In this document: positions 23,521 to 33,336 of the stretch, piece by piece
Layout of the letters: each line of letters begins with the position of its first letter
Position numbering within the stretch: the stretch's first letter is position 1
Made by a program: the position numbers and the translations under genes
The notes under the pieces: generated by a model
The model's database searches: none
Told to the model about the DNA's origin: nothing
The model's input: only the letters and a program-made list of their open reading frames with translations
Assembly: GCA_965644315.1 (NCBI GenBank)
Contig: CBFFRQ010000022.1
Coordinates: forward strand, 1-54,105
Origin: Caecitellus pseudoparvulus
Lineage: Eukaryota > Protista > Bigyra: Bicosoecida
DNA: 54,105 bases
Direction of reading: 5' to 3'

Positions 23521-23895
23521 GGTGCAGGTGTTGTGGTCCCAACTGCGGAAATCGCTTCTCGGCGCAGCGAGGAATTGCGCGTGCGCACAGACGGCAACGA
23601 GGTCCGAGGTGGAGAAATGGAATGCATGCGCGAAATGGAGGGTTTCTGGCCTTGGTTTTGGAAAGTGTGCGACAACGTCTTCGTGCTTTGGGCCCAGTGC
23701 ACCGGCACCCAAATCCAACAAAGTGGTGACGAGAGACGGCACCCCATGCACTGATGCACAATTCCCAACCCCCCCTTAGCAAGGCAACAGAGATTCGTGC
23801 ACAAAGATTTCAACGATTCCAGTTTCTCCCCTCAAGGCAGTGTGGAGCAAGCAGGGCGCCTGCGGATTTTGGTGCACAAACCCACGCCAAAGAGC

Positions 23896-25708
23896 ATGGC
23901 TGCTGCAGAGGATGTGGCATCGCCCAGCGTGGCAGGCAAGCGCGCAGCAGAGGAGGGGCTCCAGGATGCCCCCTCTTCCAAGGGCGCGCGGACAGGCGCC
24001 GAGGCAGCCCCGTACTCTGGCGACGAAGTTTTCAACCCACACCTGCTGAGGCTGTACTACAGTGCGTGCTGCCACGGCAGGGGGGAGGTGCCAGAAGGTT
24101 ACACTGTACCGAGCTGAAGTGTCCATCGCAGGTCGTTTCTTCCCCTTTGACCACATGTGCCGGTGGATTTCGTACGGGCAGGGTGCGTGCAGGCGGCGTT
24201 TCAACGGGCGGCGCCCAGGCACGTTTGAAACGCCACGCGCCCCGGCTCCCGGCTGTGCAGACCCCCACAGCAAGAACCCGCACGTAGTGAAGGACTACAT
24301 GGCCCGCCGGGAGTGGAACTTCACCATGGAGGGGGACGTCTTCGTGCGGTACTTGAGTTTCAAGGACAAGGCAGACATGAAGGCGCACATCACAGCGAAG
24401 CAGCCGCACAAAATCGACATCGGCGCCGTCTTCTCCGCCCCTGTGCGTGCTCCCCACGCGGCGCGGGCGGCTGCATTCGACGGAGCACGGCAAAACCCTG
24501 CCTGTCCCCCCATATGCAGCCCTCGAAGCACACGACAATGAAGAAGGAGGCCTTCTTCACTGTGGAGCGCGAGCTGGTGTTTGACATTGACCTCACGGAC
24601 TACGACGAAGTGCGCACGTGCTGCAGGTGCGTGCCGCCGCAGCCGCCACCCGCCCGCCACAATGCCATGCTTGCAAACCTCGCCGTCTGCTCAGTGGAGC
24701 AAAGATCTGCCCAAAGTGCTGGCAGTTCATGACAGCGGCGCTGAAGGTCATCGACATTGCGTTGAAAGGTGCGCACTGCTGCCATGCTGCGTTGCCAGCG
24801 CTTGCTCCCGCGACGCACCACCCTCCTGCCGCTACGCCACGCCAGAGGACTTTGGCTTCCAGCATGCAGTGTGGATTTACTCCGGGCGCCGTGGTATCCA
24901 TTGCTGGGTGTGCGATGACGCGGCCCGGGCGCTGAGCAACGACGCACGCACTGCGGTGGTGAACTACCTCACCGCCAACACCGGCACGTCAGACAAGGTA
25001 GCAGACAAACTCAGCAGCATCGACACGACGAGTCCTCTGCACCCCTCCCACGAACGAGCCTTTGAAATCCTGGAGCCGCTCTTCGTGCCCATCATAGGCG
25101 CGGAGGAAGGCCAGGGATTCCTCGGGGAGAACGCCGAGTTGAGATCGCAGGTTCTGGAGCTCGTGCCTGACCACGGCACGCTGCGGGAGTCCCTGGAGGC
25201 CGCCTGGGCCAAGGCTTCGGGGCCTGCACAGCGCTGGCGCCAGCTCAAGTCCCTCGTGCGGCAGGCGCAGGAAGATGCGCAGAAGTCCAGCTCTTCCTGG
25301 CGCACACGCAACGACCTGGACCGCACGGTGTCTGGCATCGTCTTCTACTTCCTGTACCCACGCCTGGACGCCAACGTGTCCAAGCAGCAGAACCATCTCC
25401 TCAAGAGCCCCTTCTGTGTGCACCCAAAGACGGGCCGGGTGTGCGTGCCGGTGAACCCCGCCAAGGCGGACGCCTTCAACCCCTTCGCCGTGCCCACCAT
25501 CCCCCAGCTCATGGAGGAGGCGGCTGCCTTTGACGCAGAGGTGGGCAGTGCCGCCGCAGGCGCCAGTGGCGGCGAGGAGTGGCACAAGACCTCCATGAAG
25601 CCGTACATGGACTACTTCGAGGCGTGGCTGGCGCCGATGGAGGGCAAGGTCAAGCAAGTGCTACGCAAACGCGCAGAGAAGGCCGCAGCCACCTCTGGAG
25701 ACTGGTGA
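23896..25708 (+). CDS. PRIM1: DNA primase small (catalytic) subunit, about 5 introns
   Basis: LLRLYYS|RFFPF, RREWNFT, PHKIDIGAVF, ERELVFDIDLTDYDEVRTCC|SGAKICPKCW, YSGRRGIHCWVCD and YPRLDANVSKQQNHLLKSPFCVHPKTGRVCVP. Confidence 0.97.
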
Positions 25709-25735
25709 ATGAAATGCACGCGGGTGGTGGAGGGC

Positions 25736-26341
25736 TCACGTGGGGGCACCCAGCTGGCCATGCGCCCCAGCACCAGTGTGCAGGTGCCGCATGTGCCGCC
25801 GCAGGGCAGCTCGGTGCTCGCCCTCCAGCACGGCCACGCGCGCGTCCAACTCGCCTTGCATGCGGCGCTGCAAGGCCTCCACCCGTGCCTGCACCTCGGC
25901 TTCCACCTGTGCTTCTGTGGCGGCGCGCAGGGACGCCTGCCACGCCTCGACCGTTGCACGCTCCTGGGCCAGCCGGCGCTCGAAGGCCGCTGCAGCAGCT
26001 GCATGGGCCTCGCGTGCCTGAGTGACATGGTCGGCCAGACGGCGTTTCATTGATTCAACTTGAAGCTCGGCGTCATCAGCCCGTGCCTTGTGTTGGCGGG
26101 CCTCTCGGAGAGCTGCTGCGAGCGAGAGTTTCGCTTGCGTTTCCCGGGCCTCCAACACGCTGCTGTGCTCAGCCACCGCTTGGGCCAGCGCCGCCACCTT
26201 GTCCGTCAAGGACTGCTCCTCCACCCCTTTGATGTCTGCTTCATGCACCGCATTCAGGAGCTGCAGCATGTGGTGTTTGACGCCTTGCTTCGTGTCCCGC
26301 AACGCCAGGCTTGCGTCCGGCTGAGGGGCACCGGCCGCCAT
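25736..26341 (-). CDS. Hypothetical coiled-coil protein (~200 aa)
   Basis: A/E/R/Q-rich heptad-like sequence from ATG 26341. It converges on PRIM1 with a 27-bp gap. Confidence 0.55.
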   Translation of the reverse strand: MAAGAPQPDASLALRDTKQGVKHHMLQLLNAVHEADIKGVEEQSLTDKVAALAQAVAEHSSVLEARETQAKLSLAAALREARQHKARADDAELQVESMKRRLADHVTQAREAHAAAAAAFERRLAQERATVEAWQASLRAATEAQVEAEVQARVEALQRRMQGELDARVAVLEGEHRAALRRHMRHLHTGAGAHGQLGAPT

Positions 26342-26454
26342 GCCAGGCGCAGAGGCCGCCTCGTGGCAGCAGGGCCGGTGGACAAGCGAACCCACGTGGG
26401 ACAGTGCTTCATGTGGGTATTGTTTGTGAATTGTGCGGCGCCTGCTGTTCTGCG

Positions 26455-28182
26455 TCACGCCGGCGTGAGGGGCTGCACTGGGGAGCCGCCCACCGCAGAC
26501 GCCACCACCCGCACCAAGCGCTCCACAGCGGCTGACGCGAGGTGGAAGGGGCCTGGCAAGCCCGCTCCCTCCTGGCTGTGTGCCAGCTGCACCCCCTGCC
26601 AGGCCACCGCTGCGACGAATAGCGCCAGGAGAAGGGCAATGCCCCACAACGCCAGGTTGCTGCGGCGCACTCGAGGCCAGAGGAGGATGCTGTGGTCAGC
26701 GCTGGCGGTCAAGAGGTGTGCGCCATCTGGCGTGTACGCCAGGCCCAACGCGCCGAAGGAGTGCGTGGTCTGGTACGCGCCCACATACGCCAGGTCTGGC
26801 AGCGCATACTCGTAGACACGTCGATCTGCACAGGCGATGGCGACAGCACCACCGCCACACGTGACAGTGCTTGTGGCAGCGGCACGGGGTGTCACCACCT
26901 TGCTCACATCAGCATGCCAGGCCCACTCCCCCAGCACTCGGCTCAGAGCAGGCTGCGTTTCCTCGGCTGTCGAGGCCGGCGCAGGCAGGGGAGTCAACAC
27001 ACCATCCGCGTCTGCACGGCTAGCGCCTTGCACGGGCTTGTGCATGATGGTGATTTCGTTGTCCACTCCCCGGGGACCAAAGGTGCTGGGAAACGTACTC
27101 TGCGGTGCTTCAGTCAGTGTCCACAGCGAGGCAAGCGCTCCGCCCTGCGAGAGAAGGGTGGGCGTGGCCGCTGCGTTTCGCTGCGCAACGCGTCACCGCG
27201 CCGCCTGCCACGCACGAATTGGGACGTCTCCAGTGTCAAGAGGGTGTCTTCCAGGAAGTGCAGACTGACATACTTGAATGATCCGGGCGTTGTGTGGCGC
27301 TGCTTGCGCCCAGGGCGTGGCGGCGCTGGCTTGGTGATGTGTGCCGATGCCTGGCAGGGCAGCGTCCAGGAGAAGACATCCCCCTCCACCGCCCCGCGCA
27401 GCTGCGGCAAGCTCCAAATGCGGCACGTGCCATCCATGCTGCCAGAGGCCACCAGCCCCCCGATGGCGTTCACAGCCAGGGACACGACGGGTGCGGAGTG
27501 CCCCGTGCACTCTGCCACCAGCCGTGGACAGTCCGCCGGGCCGTCCACCTCACCCCCCACGTGCCACACCCGGACAACGCCGTCAGCGCCGCCAGACACC
27601 AGGCACGTGTGCTCCCATCCCCACGCCAGGGCGTTGACGTCGGGCGTGTCGGAGGTAGCAAAGTCCGCTGGGAAACGCACCACTTCCTGCAGTCTGTGGC
27701 GCAAGTCAGGCGAGCGTGCAGCGGCAGTGCCGCCCCGTGACACGCCAGCTCTCATACCTGCCACTCTCGCCGTCGCGGGTGAACACGACGATGCTGTCTC
27801 CAGCCGCCCCTGCCACGCGCTTGCCCTGCGAAAGTCGCCATGGAAGGTGCAGAAGTGGTTGCCACGTCGGCTGCGCCGGCACGCACGTCCTCTGACACTG
27901 CCACGTGCGTGATGAAGGTGCTGCCCGAGAGGAACGCAGTGCCTTTCGCCAGCTCCACTTTGTTGGTGCCGGTGTTCTCCACGTGCACCATGGTCTGTGG
28001 AGCAAGGCAGCGGCGGTTGCGGAATTTGCACGCCTCTCGCAGCGGTCGAATGCCCGCCTGCGCACCAGGGCATTCTCAATTCCAGTCTTGGAGCTGCCAC
28101 CGCCTGAAACAGCCAGTGTACCACCTGCGAGGGGCACCAGCTGGAAGACTGGTGCCCCCATGGAGGCGCTGGACAGCGCCAT
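26455..28182 (-). CDS. SEC12: SEC12/PREB-like WD40 Sar1 GEF with C-terminal TM (multi-exon)
   Basis: K-loop AVSGGGSSKTGIENAL, WD repeats (LVSGGADGVVRVW, GHSAPVVSLAV..VASGSMDGTCRIW, LLTASADHSILLW) and TM LALWGIALLLALFVAAVAW. Exons are joined by GTGCGC/GTGCGT/GTATGA..CAG introns. Confidence 0.85.
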
Positions 28183-28809
28183 GGCTTTGTTGTGGCTTGG
28201 GACAGAGCAGGTCCCACCACGCCAATGAATATCGTGTGGGCAAGGAAGGGTGACGGAGCCACACTGCCAGACACGACAAGGCCGCAACCCTTACACACAA
28301 AAGTGCGGGCACAGCAAAGCGGGCGGTTTTGCCCCGTCCAGTGCCGTGCATGGACAGCGCTGCTCGGAGCGCACGAGTCCACCCCCTCCATCGCACTCCG
28401 CGCCTTGGCGCAGCTCCCGTCAGCACTCGAACGGGGATCTTGCGGATGTCCAGATAGCTTGTTCCGCACCTCTCTTGGTGCGTCACGGATTGGTGGATCA
28501 AGGCGAGATACCAACGGCTTGTGTCAATCCTGTGAGATCAACACATCGACTTAGAATCTTTCTATGTTTGCGCTAGTTGACTGTCGGGAAAAAGAGAATG
28601 TACCATGCCTGAGGAACTGTTTTAGCCATTTTGGCGAGATCAACGAGCCGAACCTTGATTTTTTGCCCCAGGCGTTAGTGAGAAAGGGGTCGCACGCTGT
28701 CGAGACAGGAAATCAACCCTGAGAGAGTCAGCACTGCAAGAGCGGCGATTAGGACTCTGGAAATCAAGCATTGGTACAATTATTCGGGTGTTGTGGCATT
28801 TTCGAGGCA

Positions 28810-30612
28810 ATGGAGTCCACCCAATCACGCTTGGTGCAGCCGAGCGTTTCTGTCACCCCGACAACGGCAGCATCCGTTGAGCGACGGGCCTCTGCGCCAC
28901 ATTCTGCATGTTGCGTGATTCAACATGTCGGTCACAAGTTGTTCAAAAGGGTATACCATAAAACACAAAAGCTGCGGGGCACGAAACGTCGCAACATCGA
29001 CCGCAACGACTCGATGGAGGGGGCCAGGCTGCACCCCAAAATCCGCAAGGGGACACCCACCTACGAATTCCTCACATCGGGCGAGTGCCTCACCTTCATG
29101 CGCATGAGAGCAAGAAATTTAGCCAAAGCCCTCTCTGGCTTGATATCGGACAGCTTCTTGAGGTGGAACGCCCTCAGGGACATCCAGAATGGGCGTGAAG
29201 CCGACCTCTTGCTCGGGGTGATGATGGTGTGTGCCGGGCGCAACCGCCAAGAGATCACGTCTAGGCTGAGCATTGCCGCTACTACTCTCCAAGACAGCAT
29301 TCCTCGGTTGATTCCAGTGCTGAAGACCTTCTTTTACAAAGCGCTGCCCTGGGCAGTGCTTCCAGAGCACCGCAGAGAGGCGCTTTCCTTCCATGGTGGA
29401 CTGGCTCCAGGGCTGGTAGGGTTCGTAGACGGCCTGACATGGGAGACGAAAGCAACTTCTTCAGACAAAGAGAACCGCATCTGGTACAGCAACCACCACT
29501 CGATGTACGGGTACAACTTTCTGTTGTTCTGCAGTGTTTCGGGGAGGGTTATATGGATCGAACCCATGGGCAAGGGCAACACAGTGTCTGAGATTGCAGC
29601 CGCGCGACGAGCAACCGAGCGCATGCTGCGCTCAGGCGCCATCAAGCAAGGCGAGTACTTTGTCGGTGACGGTGTATTCCAGGGAGTCAGGCCTGCTGTG
29701 CGGCACCTTCCGGGCAACAAGGCGTTGGAGAAGATGGCGGCCCGAGTTCAGTCTCTGTGGGTCTCCTCGCCAGCCCCTGGCTCTCTGCATTCTCCACGGG
29801 ACTTGGCAAGAGCAACGGCTTCCGCCCTGGCACACAAAACTGTGCAGCGTGAGATCTTCGTGTCAGGTCGCCAGGTTGTCGAGAACTGTGTGAAGGAGTT
29901 CAAGACGGTGTGTGGTCTCGTCCGATCGTCCAGTGTCAGACCATTGCAAGCGCAAACCAAGGAAAAAGAGATCAGAGACATGGGGTACATTACTGCTGGG
30001 ATGCTCGCTTTCCAACAAGCAGAGGGGCACCGGGTTCCTCGGTCAGAGCAGTGGCTCCACATCCGCGGTTCGCGTCAGCCAGCACTCGTCCTGTTTGAGC
30101 TGTTTGCATCCTTGGCTGGAGATTGTCCTGCTTCTAATCGCCGTGACAGTGAACTTGACGCAAGCCTTCCGAGCGGCATCGCGAAACGAAGGAGCGTATC
30201 TTTTCTTCATGACGTCTTACGGCTGCTTCGCGGGGCCGAGTTGGGTACGGCCGGGAGGCCTTCACTGGAACGAAGCGATATTGAGGCTGCTACTCAGCTG
30301 CAGCAAGTGCTCGCCTGGTCGGAACAAGGGAACTTGTCTCCTCTTGTAAGTGGCATTTTGTGCGGTGGTCTCACAGAACTTGGCAGGCTGAAAAAGCAGC
30401 GCAGGCAGGTAGCTGTCTCGCCACGCTCTGGTGTCGCATCCCCTGGGGGGCCTCCTCTCCTGGCATCATGGCATCGCCACACTCTCCACCTGGATACTGC
30501 CGCCCCGCCAAGACTGACGACGACAAGGTACGCCCACAGGAAGTCATGGATCTTGAAAAGCTGTGGGGTGCTGCAGCAGACAAGGCTGCTCTTGCCGGCA
30601 AGCCAGTTGTAG
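28810..30612 (+). CDS. DDE transposase (HTH_Tnp_4 + DDE_Tnp_4-like)
   Basis: HTH LLLGVMMVCAGRNRQEITSRLSIAATTLQDSI; catalytic GFVDG, WYSNHHSMYGYNF, FVGDGVFQG and RQVVENCVKEFK. Start is uncertain (track 28771; first ATG 28810). Confidence 0.88.
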   Translation: MESTQSRLVQPSVSVTPTTAASVERRASAPHSACCVIQHVGHKLFKRVYHKTQKLRGTKRRNIDRNDSMEGARLHPKIRKGTPTYEFLTSGECLTFMRMRARNLAKALSGLISDSFLRWNALRDIQNGREADLLLGVMMVCAGRNRQEITSRLSIAATTLQDSIPRLIPVLKTFFYKALPWAVLPEHRREALSFHGGLAPGLVGFVDGLTWETKATSSDKENRIWYSNHHSMYGYNFLLFCSVSGRVIWIEPMGKGNTVSEIAAARRATERMLRSGAIKQGEYFVGDGVFQGVRPAVRHLPGNKALEKMAARVQSLWVSSPAPGSLHSPRDLARATASALAHKTVQREIFVSGRQVVENCVKEFKTVCGLVRSSSVRPLQAQTKEKEIRDMGYITAGMLAFQQAEGHRVPRSEQWLHIRGSRQPALVLFELFASLAGDCPASNRRDSELDASLPSGIAKRRSVSFLHDVLRLLRGAELGTAGRPSLERSDIEAATQLQQVLAWSEQGNLSPLVSGILCGGLTELGRLKKQRRQVAVSPRSGVASPGGPPLLASWHRHTLHLDTAAPPRLTTTRYAHRKSWILKSCGVLQQTRLLLPASQL

Positions 30613-30953
30613 TCGGCAAGTACAATCATGATCCTGAGCTGTCCTACCCTCGTGGGATCGTCTACGCTCTTATTGAACCCACTCGAGACACCGCCACTTT
30701 TGAGGAGTCAGAAGAGGCGTATGATGTGTGGTACTATGACAAGTACGGAGATGAACTCCTCGAGACCCTCCCTGATGGGCAGACCGGAGGGCACTTGCTC
30801 ACATCCCTCCTTGAAGCAGAGACCCGCGACGTGGCAAAGAAAGACTACACGTGGCTCCCACCAGAGCACTTCAAGGAGGACTTTGACGGGAGTCAGCTTG
30901 TCGCGTACATGATGGATTGTCAGTCCTACAACTACGGCTACGTGAACGAGTGA
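30387..30953 (+). CDS. Probable spliced C-terminal exon of the transposase (acidic/aromatic domain)
   Basis: A GTAAGT donor at 30346 and a TGGCAG acceptor at 30386 join the transposase in frame to track ORF 30360..30953, which has globular composition. Confidence 0.5.
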   Translation, partial: AEKAAQAGSCLATLWCRIPWGASSPGIMASPHSPPGYCRPAKTDDDKVRPQEVMDLEKLWGAAADKAALAGKPVVVGKYNHDPELSYPRGIVYALIEPTRDTATFEESEEAYDVWYYDKYGDELLETLPDGQTGGHLLTSLLEAETRDVAKKDYTWLPPEHFKEDFDGSQLVAYMMDCQSYNYGYVNE

Positions 30954-30958
30954 AACAA

Positions 30959-32380
30959 TCACGGGGAGTCAGAGTGCCCTCGGCGGCGTCTGTTGTATCT
31001 CGCTACGTCTTGGAGAAATGCATCTCCTGTGCTTGGCACGTTGTCAGTGAAGTTTGGGCGAGTTCTCTTGTGACCGCCAATGGTGGGGCGGTCCGAAGCC
31101 TCGGGTGAAGGAGTTGGGGCGGGACCACCTAATCCTTCTTGCCGCATCGCACCAGAAGAGCTCGGTGGGGCACGAGAAGAAGATGGTGACCTCGAAGCAC
31201 TTGCAGTGTCAGCGGGAATGTGCCCAGTTTGTGAAGAAGCTATGACACTGAGGAGCTCCACAGCTCTCCTCTGATCTGCCCGGCCCTGGTCCACTTTGTC
31301 CACGAGCAGCACGAGCATCTCTGCCATTTTCTCGAATGGTGCAAGAAGGGCAATCGCATCACGAGCAAAAGCATTTACTGCCGAAGAAATGCCCATCCCC
31401 ACCAGCGCCGATTGACGCGCAGCTTCTGCTCGGGCAGCACGTTGCGCATCGGGCTCCACGGGCTCTTCCCCAGGCTGTGACTGTCCGGCCAGATCGTGCG
31501 AGTCATGAGGCAGATGAGGATTCTCGAGCAACGCGCTGTGGCTTTGGGTGCTACTCGCAAAAGACGAATCCAAGGAGCTCTCTCCGCTGCCCTCAACTGG
31601 ACCCAGCCCTCCGGTGGGCGGCGTGGGTTGGGGGGCGGGTGCTTGCCCCAGAGATATCCCGAGGGAGGGGACAGTAGGAACGTTGCTGGCACTTCCTTGC
31701 GATTCTTGACTTACAGCTGACCCTTGGATTCCGGGTGGCCCCAGTGAACCCTGCTGGGTGTGGAGTGTTTGCATCGGCAAGCCAACAGCGTGGCTCTGGA
31801 CCTGCGTGAAGGTTGCCAGGCTCGCACGAGGGGCGTTGTGGAGGTCCAAGAGTCTGCGGACCAACCACATGTCAATGAGAGCATGAAAGGAAATAGGTAC
31901 GATGTCCTCGTAAACACGGAACATGGTCTGCACCATGTCCGCGACGGTTGGGTAAACAGTCCGGCTGGTGCTCGGTAGGCCTCGCATGGCACATGCCTTG
32001 TCCCACAGCTCAGTGAACACGTCTTGGAACTCAGCGTGTGCCTTGTTCAGGTTCTTCCTTGTTGCATGGTAAAACATGCAGTGGGTAGCATGAAACACGG
32101 CTGATGCATGTGCCTTGCACTTCGGCCGGGAGCACAGTCCATGACTGTCCAGCTTCTGGAAGGAGAATTCGGGGATGAGAGCGGGGTCCAATACAAAGAC
32201 GGGGGCATTTCTGTTCGAAAGGCGCAGGATTGCGTCGCCCAGGATGTGTCCATCCACGGGGATGCCCAATTCAGAGAGCATGGTAGCTGGACTTTGTAGG
32301 TTGTTTGCACCACTCGGGTCAAAGGGGCGCTCCCGAGACAGACAAGAGAAGGAAAGTGAGCCAGGAGTTGTGCCCAACAT
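30959..32380 (-). CDS. Transposon accessory ORF2 (unknown; Cys/His cluster, low-complexity middle, coiled coil)
   Basis: Long ORF inside the TIRs, convergent with the transposase (stops 5 bp apart if the extra exon is used). It contains HGLCSRPKCKAH..HATHC. Confidence 0.7.
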   Translation of the reverse strand: MLGTTPGSLSFSCLSRERPFDPSGANNLQSPATMLSELGIPVDGHILGDAILRLSNRNAPVFVLDPALIPEFSFQKLDSHGLCSRPKCKAHASAVFHATHCMFYHATRKNLNKAHAEFQDVFTELWDKACAMRGLPSTSRTVYPTVADMVQTMFRVYEDIVPISFHALIDMWLVRRLLDLHNAPRASLATFTQVQSHAVGLPMQTLHTQQGSLGPPGIQGSAVSQESQGSASNVPTVPSLGISLGQAPAPQPTPPTGGLGPVEGSGESSLDSSFASSTQSHSALLENPHLPHDSHDLAGQSQPGEEPVEPDAQRAARAEAARQSALVGMGISSAVNAFARDAIALLAPFEKMAEMLVLLVDKVDQGRADQRRAVELLSVIASSQTGHIPADTASASRSPSSSRAPPSSSGAMRQEGLGGPAPTPSPEASDRPTIGGHKRTRPNFTDNVPSTGDAFLQDVARYNRRRRGHSDSP

Positions 32381-33336
32381 GCCCCCCGTCACCGGGGCGT
32401 CCTTTGTGTTGTAGAGAATCGCCTATTTGGCAAAGGAGGGGGGGAAGTGTGACGGTATGCGTAGCGATTTCCGCACACCGTTTCAAACCCTCACAGCTGC
32501 AAGAATGGTGTGCTCCGGTGGACTCAATGCAGTCCCCCTTTGTGACTTCGCACGCCGATCTAGCCTCCCTTGGGCTTGAAGTCCCGCCTGCTTTCACGGT
32601 AGGGGAGACCTTGACCTGTGAGCAACGCTCAAAATCTTGCCGTTATGCTCACCATTCAAACTGTGCTCGAGACTTGCTGAGGAAAGTACCAAGACCAAGG
32701 CACTGAGTGGCAATTCAGTGCAAAGCGGAGAAACAGATGAGTATCCGTTTTAGGCGAACGAGCGGGCCTACGTTGCGCTGGGGCAGGGCTGCCGATCGAG
32801 ACACGAGCACAAACGGCTACAAACACCCGCGTACTGCCGCACCCTCAGTTGCACGAAAAAAAGAACACCCAACAAGGCATACATGAGTGGATGGGAGGCG
32901 CTGGTAAATTCATATTGCACAACACCTCCTCACTGTGGAAATCGACTCCGCTGGTGACAAATCACAGGGGCCCCTGGAGTTCAAACCAACCCTGATCCAC
33001 CAATCCGTGACGCACCTCTTGCTGAGATGATGCGCACCGCATCGAGCGGAGCGGGGCACCCTTCATATGTCTTGCACCAAATTGCTCTTCATCCATTTCC
33101 CACTCTCACTTGTGGTGTCATTGGGCATGCGGACATCAGCGTGCATTGTGCCTTGTCTCCAGTCTTGGCCGCGACAGGTGAGCTTGCACTGGTGCAAGTG
33201 CGGAAGTTGCTCCCTCGCACGTCAGCTGCGACAGCGCCTTCCCGCCACACCAATGCACGCGTCCACTGCCATCACCCCGCAGGAGTCGGCTTTACAGCAC
33301 AGCTACGCCTGACTAGACCCTCTGCCATCCGTTGCC

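Larger units (their letters stand above)
28477..33016 (+). mobile_element. PIF/Harbinger-related (DDE_Tnp_4) DNA transposon, 4540 bp
   Basis: Perfect 24-bp TIRs GGTGCGTCACGGATTGGTGGATCA at 28477-28500 and 32993-33016. TCTT is duplicated at 28473-28476 and 33017-33020. The empty site gcacctctcttgctgag is present in paralogous units near 38130 and 53530. The element looks less GC-rich than the host genes. Confidence 0.93.
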
